NCBI GenBank assembly: GCA_051294375.1
Contig: JBJCIZ010000358.1
Location: 1-64,000 of the forward strand
DNA: 64,000 nt
Direction: 5' to 3'
Origin: Paraspadella gotoi
Lineage: Eukaryota; Animalia; Chaetognatha
Shown here one piece after another: positions 50,750 to 64,000 of the stretch. Both the position numbers and the translations under genes were made by a program. A model generated the notes under the pieces. That model saw only the letters and a program-made list of their open reading frames with translations, was not told the DNA's origin and ran no database searches. Numbering within the stretch: position 1 is the first letter of the stretch; each line of letters opens with the position of its first letter.

Positions 50750-52155
50750 AACTTAGGAAGTCGCTATAGAAAAAGAAGCCAGTGACTTTTTTCTTATATT
50801 TTTATATCGATAGATGTGGAATGATGGGAATATTGTAAATCTCAAGTTTTGCTTTAATCGGACCTCACATTGTGGAGAAATCTTAGGAAACCCATCAAAA
50901 TTCCTCCCCTTTTTTTCAACATTCTCGACCTTTTAAGATTTTCGCCGATTCTGACTTCCTCTTACAAACTTATAATTCCGCTAGTTAATTTTTTTTTCTT
51001 AAACGAGCGAAGGGAATCCACAACTTTCTGTTATTTTATGATTTCTGGGTAAAAAATATAATAAATTATATTAACGTTGGGATATTATGAAAGTGTAATA
51101 TCTTATGAAGCCTGTGAGACTTAAATAATTAAAAAATTCGCTTATTTTATTATTGAAAAATAACATCAAAGTGAAGAAGTTGAATGGCTTCCGGCTCCTT
51201 TCAGTAAACATCCCTGTTCTCTTCAATAAGATAAGTAAGTGACAAAAAATTCACATTTTCTTTATCCAAAAAACTTTATAGTTTTACTAGAGTACAATTT
51301 AGCCTTTTTTCTTTCAGAATCATTAAAAGAATTAAATTTTCATTTATTCTTATGGGGGTGTCATTAGTTTTAAAATTCATTTTAATTTTGACTTAGTTTG
51401 ACACTCATCCTGTAAGGAGGTTTCAGCATAAGTAATTCTAAAATTGTATCTTGTATGTGCCCTATGATTATGGCTTCATTTTGGTACTATTGCCATCCCT
51501 TAAGCTTTATTCCTTCAAAAGATATTAGGAAAAATTAGTTTTTTTCTCAACCTTCCTTTTAATTTCTTTTTAAATAAAAATTTCGCGATTCAAACCGGAC
51601 TATTTCATTTAAACCTGATCATTTTTGTCAAAATCAGTATAAAATGAAAAAAGAAAAAATAGGACAAGCTCTTCAGACACAAAGCTATCAGAATCGCAAA
51701 ATTCGAAGTCGCTCATGTAACAGGAACATATAGCAATCCCGTTTGCAATTTTAAGTTTGTAAACTTTCCCTTTCATTTCTAAGTAAAAAGAGGTTGAAAT
51801 TCTCCGGAGATGAGTATGCATTTCCCTGGCTTGTTGATATTAAATCCTTATCAAATGCCATAAAACGAATAGGACAAGCTCTTTAGATATAACGCTCTCG
51901 GAATCGTGCGTTTTTACAAGTGTTTTTTAACCAAATTTCTGGCAAACGCGTTTGCAATTTGGGTAGTCAGATTTGAACGGAATTCTCTATTAGAAAAATG
52001 TTGAATTTTTTTTTGCGAGATTCTCGTCTAAATAACTAACTTTTTATGAAGCTTGTGAAAAACCTTATTAAATATATTTTTAAATTAATCAGGGTTGACA
52101 TTAAAAAACCCACCTAAAAAAAAACAAAATAAAAAAACCACTAAAAGTATTTTTT
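50750..52155 (+). repeat. Repeat family R1 copy; 50805-52155 is near-identical to 47253-48605
   Basis: Direct sequence match that includes the flank ending ccactaaaagtattttt. Confidence 0.85.
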
Positions 52156-52810
52156 AGTCGGATCTGCTTATCAGCAGATCCCGACTCTATAATTCACTTT
52201 GTCGGTCCGTCGGTCCGCCCCCTCAATATTGTTGGGCAGTCACTTATATCATGTCAGAACATCCAATTATGATAAATTATGCAAAAAAAACGATGTCCGT
52301 CCATCTGTCCGTCTCTGTCCATTCGTCCGTCCCACCTTAGCAAAAAACACCAATACTCGTTGATTGGATGGGCGAAGTTTAAATGAAATTTTGTTGGTGG
52401 ATAGGTAAGTGTTGAATGAGCTGTATATAAGTTTCGATGGAATCGTGCGATCGGATGAGGAAATGAGTTAAATGGAAAAACAAAAAAATTAATGTCACTA
52501 TTTGAACACCAATTGCTCATGAGTGGATGGGCTGGAATTGACCTGGAATTTTGTATTGTGGGTAGGAGAGTGTGTGATTGAGCTGGAAATCAGTTTTCGA
52601 TGGAATCGTTTGAGTGGAAATGAGTTTAAATGGAAAAAAAATAAACAAAAACCTGTTTCACTAATTGATTAATGCTTCTATAAATCCAATAATTAATCAG
52701 TTAATTAATCAATTAGTCAATTAATCAATAATTAATAATCAGTCAATCAATCCGTCCCACCTTAGTAAAAAGCTCCATAACTCGTGATTGGCTGTTGAAT
52801 GGAATGAAAA
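52156..52810 (+). mobile_element. HINE family A 5' part (candidate matching 3' end at 57890-57922)
   Basis: ttttAGTCGGATCTGCTtatcAGCAGATCCCGACT followed by gtccgtcggtccg and gtccgtccatctgtccgtc. Confidence 0.8.
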
Positions 52811-55800
52811 TTAGTTCTATCGTTTTTTTTGGTTTTAGACGTTTTTAATTCTCTAAGTAAAGAGTCGTCTTGCTGGGTTTTTTACGTTATTAATCTTTAT
52901 TACATTAAGAAAAGTCGTTTTATCGTTGTTATGTCCGTCTTTACAACCTGGAAAAATCGTCCTGTGCCCGGGGTTTTTCTAATGTAGTGTTGTGAGGTAG
53001 GTCGTTAATTTAATTTGATGTAACTAATGCCGGGTTAGACAATAATAAGAGTATTTCAATGTGGGATTAATGTACTGTTTAAACGTTGATGTGGATTGAC
53101 CGATGAAGTAGATAAGAAAAGAGTTCAAGAATATGAGTCATCTTATGTTACTTAATCCTTAACTTTATGTTTATTAATATACTCGCATATAGTAATTGAG
53201 CAATTTAATTCTTTTTGTTGATCGTCCGGAAAGCGCTTTCCTTGTAAAGTATATACCTTGGTTAGAAAGTAACAACGTTCGGTGACTAACTGTGTAGAAG
53301 AAGCCAAGAATACTAAAGTTTGTAGCAGGAAATTGTTGCAGAGTGGAAAAAATGACGAGGACTTTCAGAAATGGAAATATACTCAAAAATCATACAATGC
53401 ATATAGTCATTCATCTAATACACATGGAGTCATATCAACTTAATATCCCTTAGATGTCTCGTCGAAGATAATTCTTCGCTTTATAGGAAAAGAGAGAAAA
53501 AGAAAGATTAAAATGTTGAAGTTATATTACCTAATCTCTGGAATGATATAAAATCTTTGACAGGTTTGCATCCGCTCTAGGACAGAGGAGCTTAGGCTCA
53601 GTAACGATAAATATTGTCGCAAACTTCAGCTTTTTTTTTAAAATTCGCGCACGCTTTGGAAGTTTGTTAAGTTCAAATTTTTGAGAAAATTGGATAACTT
53701 TTGTATATTTGCCAAAGAATATTAGACTCAATTCAAAACATCTATATGTGCTCATATACATAGTCAGTAAAACCAAATGAACTTTAATTTAAGGACCTCC
53801 TCCCAACTTTCTCCTAAAACTTTAATATGGTTAAAAAGTTTATTTAATCAATATAAATACTGTTATTTATAGTGTTTTCTTTAAAAACGTAATGAATAGA
53901 GATTAGGAGCGTGATATATTGAGAATCATAATAGGACTTATTCTAAAAACTGAGGATCCCAATCGAGTTATTCATAATTAGATTCAGCTCCTTCTTTTCT
54001 CAATTAATTCATAAATAAAATTTTTCTTGCAAGCTTAATTAATACTATGAATATCATCGAGGGTCCGCCACACAAAAAATTTAAAGAAAACACTACTAAA
54101 CATTAATAATGTTTTGAACTTAACTTTACCATAATGAAATTCTTATATAATTTTTCTTACACTATATATGGAGGATCTTCCTATGTAATCTAACTCAGAA
54201 GAATGTGCACCGGTCATTTTGAGCCTCCATGTGCTCGTAACTCTTTACAGATAAACTATCCTTATTGATGCTGATAACTACTCTCCACACAAAGCAAAGC
54301 ACCCGAGAATATCATATTAAAAAACGAACTAATTTTTAATGATTATTTAGTCTCATATGCTCGGTGAATATAAGTACCACTCTATTTTAAATGTCAAAGA
54401 TGATTTTTATTCGGCAGATTAAGAATTGATATATCCTGTCACTAAGATACCAGTCATACCATTAGCCTCAACGTGATTTTATTTTCTACCAATGCCATAA
54501 TCTTTTAACTCATTGGAGACTTAATTACTGTGCCAAGACCAATGTCTTTACCATAATTAACATTCATTAGTTCTGTCGAGTGCTACAGCAAACATATAGT
54601 GTTACATAAAACAGGTACAATAAAAATTCCGATAAAAAATCTGTAAGCCAAAAGACTTAGAAATGTAATTTATTAGGCTTTTACAAAATTTGTTCTCATA
54701 AAGATATATTAAAAATGATAATGCAAGGCACAGATAATACAAATAAAAAAAAATATATATACTCTAAAATTAAATAAGATTGAAGTAAAAATATATATTT
54801 ATTATCTAGTCTAATTTTATCATCTCGCGATGTGAAATAAATACTATGCAGCTGCGTTATTATATAAGACATCGTAGAGGTCAGTTAGGTATATAGGTCT
54901 CAGTAGGTGAGGTAATGGTATATTGGGTGCTTCGGTGTGTGGAATAGATTGGTTTTTTGGTTCCATAACTTTATTCAACGTTGTCTGTGATGTCTTATAT
55001 AGTACAGTTATCAAATAGAAATTAGTTAATCGAACATGGGTTGTATAATTAAGCAGCTGTCTGGAAGCTTGGCAATCCGTCCTACATATTACATGTCGTA
55101 ATAACAAAATACGGAATACGTAAATACGTATCCATCCATATAAGTAGTCATAGCTCACGGTTGGTCTGTAGCATTGTATACTTGAATACATCATCGGGAG
55201 GACTGACGATTAACACACGTATGAAATGTTATCAGACGGTTACACGAGATGTAGGAAATCAGTAACATAAATACAACTATAAATATAAATTTTTTTCAGA
55301 ACCAATTATACTTACATAGCTTAATGACAGTAAGCTCTTAAATACTTAGATATATAATTAGTGGTTTAAGAACATCATGGCATATCATCTACTACTCAGC
55401 TAAATACCTTGACAAGATTGCATGATGTAAGAAATAAATGATTAAAAACTACAAACATGTAATTAACTATTTGTATTTTCCTAATAACAAATCTTCTAAT
55501 AAAGGTTGAGATGTAATATATAATTTTCTTTAAATTTCTTTAATCATTAATTTGGCATGTAAATCCTTTATGATCGGTAAAAATTTTCGTGTATAAACCT
55601 TATATAATAGGCATAATGCTACAGGGTCTTTTGTGGCTTACCCGATAATATGACATCTATAACCCCATTTTTAGTTATAACCTGTTTTAGTACTTGTTGT
55701 CTGTCTTATACATAATTACCTTAAAAACATAGATTTATTGATGATGAGACAAAATAATTGGTAAAATATGGAACTGAAATTAGTAGTCGCTTGATTAAAT

Positions 55801-57013
55801 TTAATTCTTACATGGATCACACAACTAATATAAATAACGTCACTATTACATTGTCATATGTGGGAGAACAAATAGTGCTTGTAGCTCGTGTTGACTCATT
55901 TTTCTTTAATTATCTTTGTGTAATATATTAAAACAATTCAAGATATTGATCTTCGATACTATATACGCTGGAGTATATGTTATCTTTTGATAGAATCTTA
56001 TCTGGATTTATAACAACTGAAAATTAAAAATACAGTAGAACCTTATAGAAATCTATATTTTACCTTTAGTTATTAAAATGTATTCCTTTTTTATTAAGAG
56101 TGGCACTTTTATTTAAGAGGTAGTCTACGGCATCAATAGTGACATAGTTATTTATCGTATAAAGATTTGTCAACTGAGGCACATCAAAAATAAGGTCAAA
56201 TCCTATAGTTTATATGTCCATATATATTAAGTTAATATTCATATATAAAATCAATTTTATGGTTAACAATTAATTTTAAAAATCTCAATATCTACATTTT
56301 TTTAACATTTTCTTGCGGGGAATGAGTACCTATATTTCAACCGTTGTAAGAGGAAAAAATTACTTTATGACATTTAAACTTCAGAAAGAAGTGATACTAA
56401 GTAACTTGTTGCGTACCTCACAACTTTTTTCTAGGAATCATTAAACATTCTGTCACTTCACCTCCATTGCTCAATACTACTCACCATTCCTTTAATTTTA
56501 ACTTTTTTAAACGAAAAAATATAACTATATTTTGATTAATAACTTTAACCAAAGTGGAGAAAGTGAGTGACAAGAGTGTGTCTTAAATTACAAGCTCTCG
56601 CGTCCTTTACTGATATCGTTTGACATATAGATGCTTTAAATTTTGAGTCTAATTTTGCAAAATTAGTACAAAAGCTTATCAAATTTTTCTCAAAAAAATT
56701 AATCTTAACCAACTTCAACTGCAATTTAAAAAAAACAACTGAGTTGCCGGACCAAATTTTTCGACTTAAGCCTAAAGCTTCTTGTCCAGACCAGCAAACC
56801 TTTCAGGTTTTTATCATATTCCAGAGATGCATCCGATCGTTAGCTCTACTAAAAAAGCTTGCGATACTAAATAATAATTTATCATTTAAAGAATATCAAC
56901 TGTCAAATGTGCAACAAGTTATAAAAGAACGACAAGTTGGATACTAACAAGATTTAACTTTAATTAATTTAATGGGCTTAAAAAGATGTCTGGTTCCTTG
57001 TAAAATATTACTT

Positions 57014-57597
57014 TGCCAAGTTGAAAAAAATGTATATTCATGCAAGTTGAAAAAAATGATTGCAATGTTTGAAAAAAAATGATGCAAAGTTGAAAAAATG
57101 ATGCATGAGAAAGTGCATCAAGGTTGAAAAAATATGCAAGTTGAAAAAAATTGATGCAAGTGAAAAAAATGATTGCAAGTTGAAAAAATGATTGCAGTTG
57201 AAAAAATATAAGTTTGAAAATATTGCAAGTTGAAAAAATTGATGCAAGTTGGAAAAAATGATGCCAAGTTGAAAAAAATGATTCAAGTTGAAAAAAGTAG
57301 CACAGTTGAAAAAATGATGCCAAGGTTGGAAAAAAGATGCAGTTGAAAAATGCTGAAGAAAAAATGATGCAAGTTGAAAAAATGATTGCAAGTTTGAAAA
57401 AATTGATGCAAAGCTTGAAAAAAATGATGCAAGTTGAAAAAATGATGCAAGCTTGAAAAAATGCATGCAAGTTGAAAAAAATGATGCAAGTTGAAAAAAA
57501 ATGATGCAAGTGAAAAAATGATGCAAGTTGAAAAAAAATGAATGCAAGTTTGAAAAATGATGCAAGTTTGAAAAAAATCTGTGCAAGTTTGAAAAAA
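57014..57597 (+). repeat. Tandem satellite, about 31 x ~18 bp (GTTGAAAAAATGATGCAA), within a HINE ending at 57922
   Basis: Units visible directly; followed by the (GA)n module and the family 3' motif. Confidence 0.92.
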
Positions 57598-57939
57598 CTT
57601 AAAAGCAATCGTCGCAATTGCATAAAAGAGAGAGAGAGAGAGAGAGGATAGAGAGAGAGAGACATAAAAATAAAATGAGAGGATATTTGTTTTGTTTTTT
57701 GATTAAAATGTAAACAAAACATAATTTAAAAAACTGTTCCTGACCCAATTTTAAGGAACATGATGCATGATATATTAAGTCTGAATATTAATTTTAATTA
57801 ATTATTAAATATTTAAATAATTAATTACTTAATCGTATTAATTAATTAATTTAATTACTTAATCGATAAATTAATTAATTAATTATCGTAGGCAGATCTC
57901 GACATGTTTGCTCAAACTTGTTTAATTAGTAAATATTTT

Positions 57940-58605
57940 TTCAGGCGCCTGCCTTTTCTGAATCGTTAAAAACGAGTTCAGTCTCTCTCAGTTCTCTTCT
58001 CCAGTCTCACGTCTCATTCTGTTCTCCTCGGTCGTCTGTCTCTTCCTTATTGTAGGCGCTCTACTTGTCTCTCTCTTCGTTACGATTCTTGCGTGATCGT
58101 TCGTTTTTTGAAAAATTCTGATTATTTTTTTCTTTCTAAAAAAAAATATATATTTGATCAGGCGCCGTGCCTTTTCTGAATTCAGGCTCTCTCTCTCTCC
58201 TCTCCGTTCTCCTCCTCTCTCTCTCTCTCTTTTCTCTTTTTTTTTTACAAAAAAAAAAATTATCACTTTTTTTCGCCACCCTCACAAGGCGACGAGTAAA
58301 CGAGTTCCGGTCTCTCTCTCTCTCTATTCTCTCTCTATCTCTTTTTTTTTTACCAAAAATAATTTTTTAGTCACTTTTTTTTTCACCACCGTTACTAGGC
58401 GACAAGTAAACGATAAACGAGTTCCGGCTCTCTCTCAATCTCTAATCTATCTTTCTCTCCTCTCTCTCTATCTTTTTTTTTACAATTTTTTTTTCACCAC
58501 CGTTACTAGGCGACGATGTAAACGAGTTCCGGCTCTGCCAGCGTCCGTTCAGCTTCTTTCTCTTTTTCTCTCTCTCTCTTCTCGTTACGATTGTTCGTTT
58601 TTTTG
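57940..58605. repeat. CT-rich tandem units of about 110-120 bp (x3)
   Basis: ccacc...aggcga...taaacgagttccgg-(ct)n repeated at about 58270, 58380 and 58490; tcaggcgcc.tgccttttctgaat at 57941 and 58157. Confidence 0.75.
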
Positions 58606-59394
58606 AAAAAAATTCTTATTTATTTCTTAATATTCTCTTTCTTACTAAAAACTTTTATTATCGCCATTTATTTTTTTTCTCAATACAATCAATATCATCT
58701 TCACTCATTCATTTCATAATATGCAAAAATGAGGTTTTAAAACCTCATTTTAACTAGCATGAACAAAAAAGACTATAGTCTTTTTCAACTGAAAAAAAAA
58801 AAAAAGTTAATTGATGCTTAACGACACCTCTAATAAAACAATTTTATTTTTATCACGCACTTTTTTTTTAATACAAAATCGCCAATTTTATTTCCGAGAT
58901 TTTGTGATATTTTAATTTATATTCCTTCTAAAAAACTTTTATTAATATTTTATGATATTCTCTCCTATATATCTCTTCAAATCAACTCCGTGTTCGTTTA
59001 CTCTACTTTTTAACTCATCTTCTCTACTCTCTCTCTCTCTCCTCTCTCTCTCTTCTTCTATTTCTCGTCTCTTTCTCAAATTAAACTCATCGCCGTCATA
59101 TGATTATGACTATCATCGCATCAATGAATGATTATCATCAGATCATATGAAAGTATACTATCATCACATCCAATGAATGATTATCATCGCATCCATCATT
59201 TGGTTATCATCGCATCAATCCTCTTCGGTTATCATCGCATATATCTTGGTTATCTATCGCATTGCAATATTTTGGTTATCATCAAAAGCAGGCTCGATCC
59301 CTATTGCTTTTTAAGATTTTTTTATTTATGATTACTAATAAATGTTTTAATTAATTAATTAAATTTAATATGTGAAAAATGGAAACAATTTAAA

Positions 59395-59810
59395 AAAATG
59401 TGCGATGCGAGTTGAAAAAATGATGCGAGCTTGAAAAAATGATGCGAGTTGAAAAATGTAGATGGATTTGAAAACATGGTGCGAGTTGAAAAAATGATGC
59501 GAGTTGAAAAAATGATGCGAGTTGAAAAAATTGATGCGATCGGTTGAAAAAATGATGCGAGTTGAAAAATTGATGCGAGTTGAAAAATGATGCGGAGTTG
59601 AAAAAAATGATGCGAGTTGAAAAAATGATGCGAGTTGAAAAATTGAATGCGAGTTGAAAAATGATGCGATTTGAAAAAATGATGCGAGTTGAAAAAAATG
59701 ATGCGGAGTTGAAAAAAATTTTTTAAAAATATTGTGATTTATCATCTGTTTAGCAGAATTACCGCTTAATTATTGTAGGCAGATCCGACATTGTTTGCTC
59801 AAACTTGTTT
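59395..59810 (+). repeat. Tandem satellite, about 18 x ~18 bp (GTTGAAAAAATGATGCGA variant), followed by a HINE 3' terminus
   Basis: Array at 59395-59718, then gtaggcagatccgacattgtttgctcaaacttgtt at 59775-59810. Confidence 0.9.
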
Positions 59811-60159
59811 TTTAATTATTTAATTTTTTAATTTGAAACATTAGAAGAGTTTTTTTTTTTTTTTTACAACGATTTATTTTATTTAATGGGACATGTTTCG
59901 ACTCTTTTTTCCAGTCTTCATTTTGAAATTTCAACTTGCATCCTTAAACCCAAAGTGCTTTTAGACTTTGACCCTAAATTCTTCCTAACTGGAATTCTTT
60001 TATTAAAATATTTCTTTATTAGTTTTCTACAAATGTTTCTGAGATTCCTAATTAAAATTTGAATAAAAAAAAGAAAGAAGAAGAAAAATTTCTAAATTAA
60101 AAAAAAAATTAAATTTTTATATCAAAATTCTTGCAGTTGTTTAGGCTGCAACTCTTAGG

Positions 60160-63100
60160 AGCCGACGTCGTTCTTAGAGATCGAGGAAGATATTTTCAAT
60201 GGAGATTTTCGTTCAAATCTGACTTCCAAACAATATAAACGTTCCTGGGAAAAATTCCGGTAAAAAATTCATGTAAAAACACTTGATACCAATCCTGTTG
60301 TATCTGAAGGGCTCACATTTTTTTCTCTTGTCAAATCATCACCATCTTGATATCAAACAAACCAGAACAAATAGACTGCTTTTGGACGGAAAAATTTTCC
60401 ATCTCTGATTTTATATAGAAATGAAAGGGATATAAACGTGACTGAGGTATATTCCTGTTCAACAAATGATGTCAAATTCAGAAATCCTCTGGCAAAGTGT
60501 CTGAAGGGCTCTCAAAATTTTTTCATTCTATAGTAAAATAAGGTTTAAAAATTCTCTGAAGATGAGGAGTGCATTTCCCTGGCTTGTTTGATATCAAATC
60601 CTTTATCAAATGCGATAAAACAAATAGGACAAGATCTTCAGATGTAACGCTATCTAGGAAGCCGCTATAGAAAAAGACCCAGTGATTTTTTCTTATATTT
60701 TATATCGATAGAGTGGAATGACGGGAATATTGTAAATCTCACAAGTTTCGCTTTAATAGGCCTCACATTGTGGAGAAATCTGAGGAAACCCCTCAAAATT
60801 CCACCCTTTTTTCAACATTCTCGCCTTTTAAGATTTTCGCCGATTCTGACTTCCTCTTACAAACTTATAATTCCGCTGTTAATTTTTTTTCCTTAAACGA
60901 GCGAAGGGAATCCACAACTTTCTGTTAGTTCATGATTTCTGGGTAAAAAATATAATAAATTACATTAACATTGGGATATTGTGAAAGTGTAATATCTTAT
61001 GAAGCCTGTGAGAGTTAAATAATTAAAAAATTCGCTTATTTTATTATTGAAAAATAACATCAAAGTGAAGAAGTTGAATGTCTTCCGTCTCCTTTCTGTC
61101 AACATCCCTGTTCTCTTCAATNNNNNNNNNNNNNNNNNNNNNNNNNCGTCACTTACGCTCCACCCAGAGATAAAACCCCAATCTTGCCGAAGGGAAAATA
61201 AAAAGTAAAAAAACTATCCGCGTGACGTTCGAATAAATGGCAGAAAAAACCAATTCATTTGATTGTTAAGCTTAAATATAAAAAAAATTAATATACTCTG
61301 TCCTTTTGGCAAGATGCCAATCTATCAGAATGTGTAAGGACAAAAAATAATCAACATAGGTTAGTAGAACGATCAGTCTAAGATGAAGCCAAAAAAACAG
61401 TAAAACCAGTCCACTTTAGGTTCATTTCTTTTATGTCAAAATGACCGAATTTTTCTCTCGCTCCACCCGGCAAGGGCTTCCCAAGACGCCACGCTTTCAA
61501 TATGCCCATTTTTATACTATTTATTACGGGCATGCCGTTCGAATCGAAGCAAGACCATAAAAAAAGCCGAAATTCTTGGAAACCTGATCCTCCCTCTCGC
61601 GAAACTCGTGATCTTGCTACATATCATGTTACAAGAAATACATATACTGCGGCGCAACACATTTGAATTACCATTCTTGTTTTTTAATCATTAAATTACA
61701 AAAGTATAAAGTTAAATCAGTAAGTAGGAGTCTACGTCGTCTTAGAGATCGCAGGAAGACTTTTTTCAATGGAGATTTTCGTTCAAATCTGACTACCAAA
61801 CAATATAAACGCTCCTGGTAAAAATTCTGGTAAAATATCGATGTAAAAACACTTGTTCCGATCCTGTTGCATCTGAAGGGCTCGCATTTTTTTTCTCTTG
61901 TCAAATCATCAACATCTTGATATCAAACAAGCCAGAACAAATAGACTGCTTCTGGATGGAAAAATTTTCCATCTCTGATTTTATATAGAAATGAAAGGGA
62001 TTTTATTTCTTGAAAACGATATAAACGTGACTGATGTATGTTCCTTAGGACTAAGCTCTGACGAACAAAGCCAGAGGTTTTTTTAATATATTCTTATACC
62101 GCGCCAAGGTAGAATGATGGCAATATTGTTAATATTAAGTTTCAAAAAAATCCTACCATAAATATAGAAATAATTAACCAAAATATTCGGAAAATTGACC
62201 CTTTCATTGGAAGATTTTCTCCATAGAAGATTTTTCCCGAATCTGACGCCCGGTTGAAACTCTTAGAATTCCGATCATTAGCTCCCTATTTTACTTTTAC
62301 TTTAATAATTTCACTCAAAATTTGATCTATTCACCTTCCCATGATCGTATCATATCAAAATAACTAAATAAAATGTATAAACAATTAAAATTTCTAATAG
62401 TAAAAAATAAGGTTTTAAAATTCTCTGAAGATGAGGAGTGGCATTTCCCTGGCGCGTGTTTTGATATCAAATCCTTCTATCAAATGCGGATAAAACCAAA
62501 TTTTAGGACAAGCATCTTCAGACTGTAACGCTATCTAGGAAGCCGCTGATAGAAAAAGAAGCCAGTGGACTTTTTTCTTATATTTTTATAGTCGATAGCC
62601 ATGTGGGAATTGCACCGGGAATATTGGGTTAAATCTCACAAGTTTCGCTTTAATACGGCACCTCACATTGTTGGAGAAATCTGCAGGAAACCCTCAAAAT
62701 GTCCACCCCTTTTTCTTCACATTCTCGCCCTTTTAAGCATTTTCGCCGATTCTGACTTCCTCTTACAAACTCCTATAATTCCGCCCTTGTTAATTTTTTT
62801 TCCTTAAACGAAGCGAAGGGAATCAACAACTTTCTGTTAGCTTCATGAGTTTCTGCGTTAAAAAATATAATAAATTACATTAACATTGGGATATGCTGAA
62901 AGTCTGTAATATCTTATGGAAGCCCTGCCCTGAGCATGTTAAATAATAAAAAATTCGCTTATTTATTATTGAAAATAAACATCAAAAGTGAAGAAGTTGA
63001 ATGTCTTCCGGTCTCCTTCTCTGTCAACATCCCTGCTTTCTCTTCGAATAAGATAATGTTACTTTTTGCTGCGTGCGAAAAGAAGGAATAAAAATACTTA

Positions 63101-64000
63101 GTTTCTGTGATGGCGATAAATAATATTTTGTAGACATTTCTGCTACAGCATTGCTTGCTAAAATCAGACAAGCAATTATTAAGTGACAAAAAAAGTTTAC
63201 ATTTTCTTTATCTAAAAACTTTTAAGTTTTACTAGAGTTACAATTCCTAGCTTTTTCTTTCAGACATCATAAGAGAATTTAATTTTCATTTACTTCTTAT
63301 GGAGGGTCATTAGTTTTTAAAATTAATTGTAATTTTTGACTTACGTCTTGACACTCTCCCTGTAAGAGATTTAACCAAAATAACTCTAAAAATTGTATCT
63401 TTGGTATAGTGCCCTATGATGATATGGCATTAATTTTGGTACTCATTGCCATCCCTTTATCTTCTGTTTCCCCATTCATAAAGATTATTAGGAAAATAAG
63501 TTTTTTCTCTCAACTTTCCTTTAATTTCTTTTTAAATAAAAAATTTCACCGATTGAAACTGGACCAATTTCCACTTCACATGTTAGTTTAACTTATGAAA
63601 AAATTGCGTCAATAATTAAAAAGAAAAATAGAAACGCAGGCTCTAGGGACACCAAGCTTTTTGCGAATCTCATAATTCGAAGTACCATTTTATAATGCTA
63701 ACATGACCCTAAGTCCCGTTTTGTAATTTTAAAAAAAGTGAAATGTTCCCTGTTCATTTCTATTAGATAATAAAAATTATTATATTATAAAAATGAGGCT
63801 ATTGCAAATCCTCCGGAGACGAGTAGTCCATTTCCCCTGGCTTGTTTGATAATAAACCTTATTCAAATTCCACAAGAAGAAAGGAACGAGCTCTTGAATG
63901 CACAAAGCTGCTTCGAATCGGGGCCGTTGTTTTTACAAAGCTGTTTTCTAACCGGGAATTTCTTGCAGGGCTCGTTTTGTAAGGTTGGCCAGTCAGATTC
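60160..64000 (+). repeat. R1-family copies duplicated across the 25-N gap (60160-61121 vs 61730-64000), second copy noisy
   Basis: Same blocks in the same order, with the later copy full of single-base insertions. 62047-62285 also matches 7919-8020 and 10770-10900. Confidence 0.8.

Noticed and set aside
54190-54250. ND4-like (AHVEAP) or Helitron Rep-like motif on the - strand
   Set aside because: Either reading needs several indels and flanking motifs are not recoverable, so neither a NUMT nor a Rep call is supported.
56964-59745. Long F/S/L-rich ORFs (252, 182 and 126 aa)
   Set aside because: They are translations of the 18-bp satellite arrays.

Overview
AT-rich, repeat-dense eukaryotic (probably invertebrate animal) DNA from a gap-filled assembly: six N-gaps, four of exactly 25 N, plus stretches that look like raw long-read sequence. 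Two protein-coding genes lie on the + strand. One is the 3' half of a GGA clathrin adaptor, in three exons (about 5656-7787, 37462-37663, 50081-50182) separated by introns of about 29.7 kb and 12.4 kb. The other is exon 1 of phenylalanine-tRNA ligase alpha (FARSA, 50537-50662), starting only 354 nt after the GGA stop. The introns are filled with transposons: a large indel-ridden Ty3/Gypsy element, a BEL/Pao gag remnant, a non-autonomous Helentron (HINE/DINE-1-like) family with 18-bp satellite arrays, a hAT-type element with an 8-bp TSD, and Penelope-like fragments with minimal hammerhead ribozymes. The most striking item is on the - strand at 41336-41470: a tRNA-derived SINE-like head fused directly to a P5-type twister ribozyme fold. 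Also notable are a 28-nt copy of a mature (CCA-bearing) tRNA-Leu 3' end joined to an LTR-like segment, and a probable PacBio SMRTbell adapter palindrome at about 20165-20470. All calls are by eye; no searches were run and many repeat boundaries are approximate.
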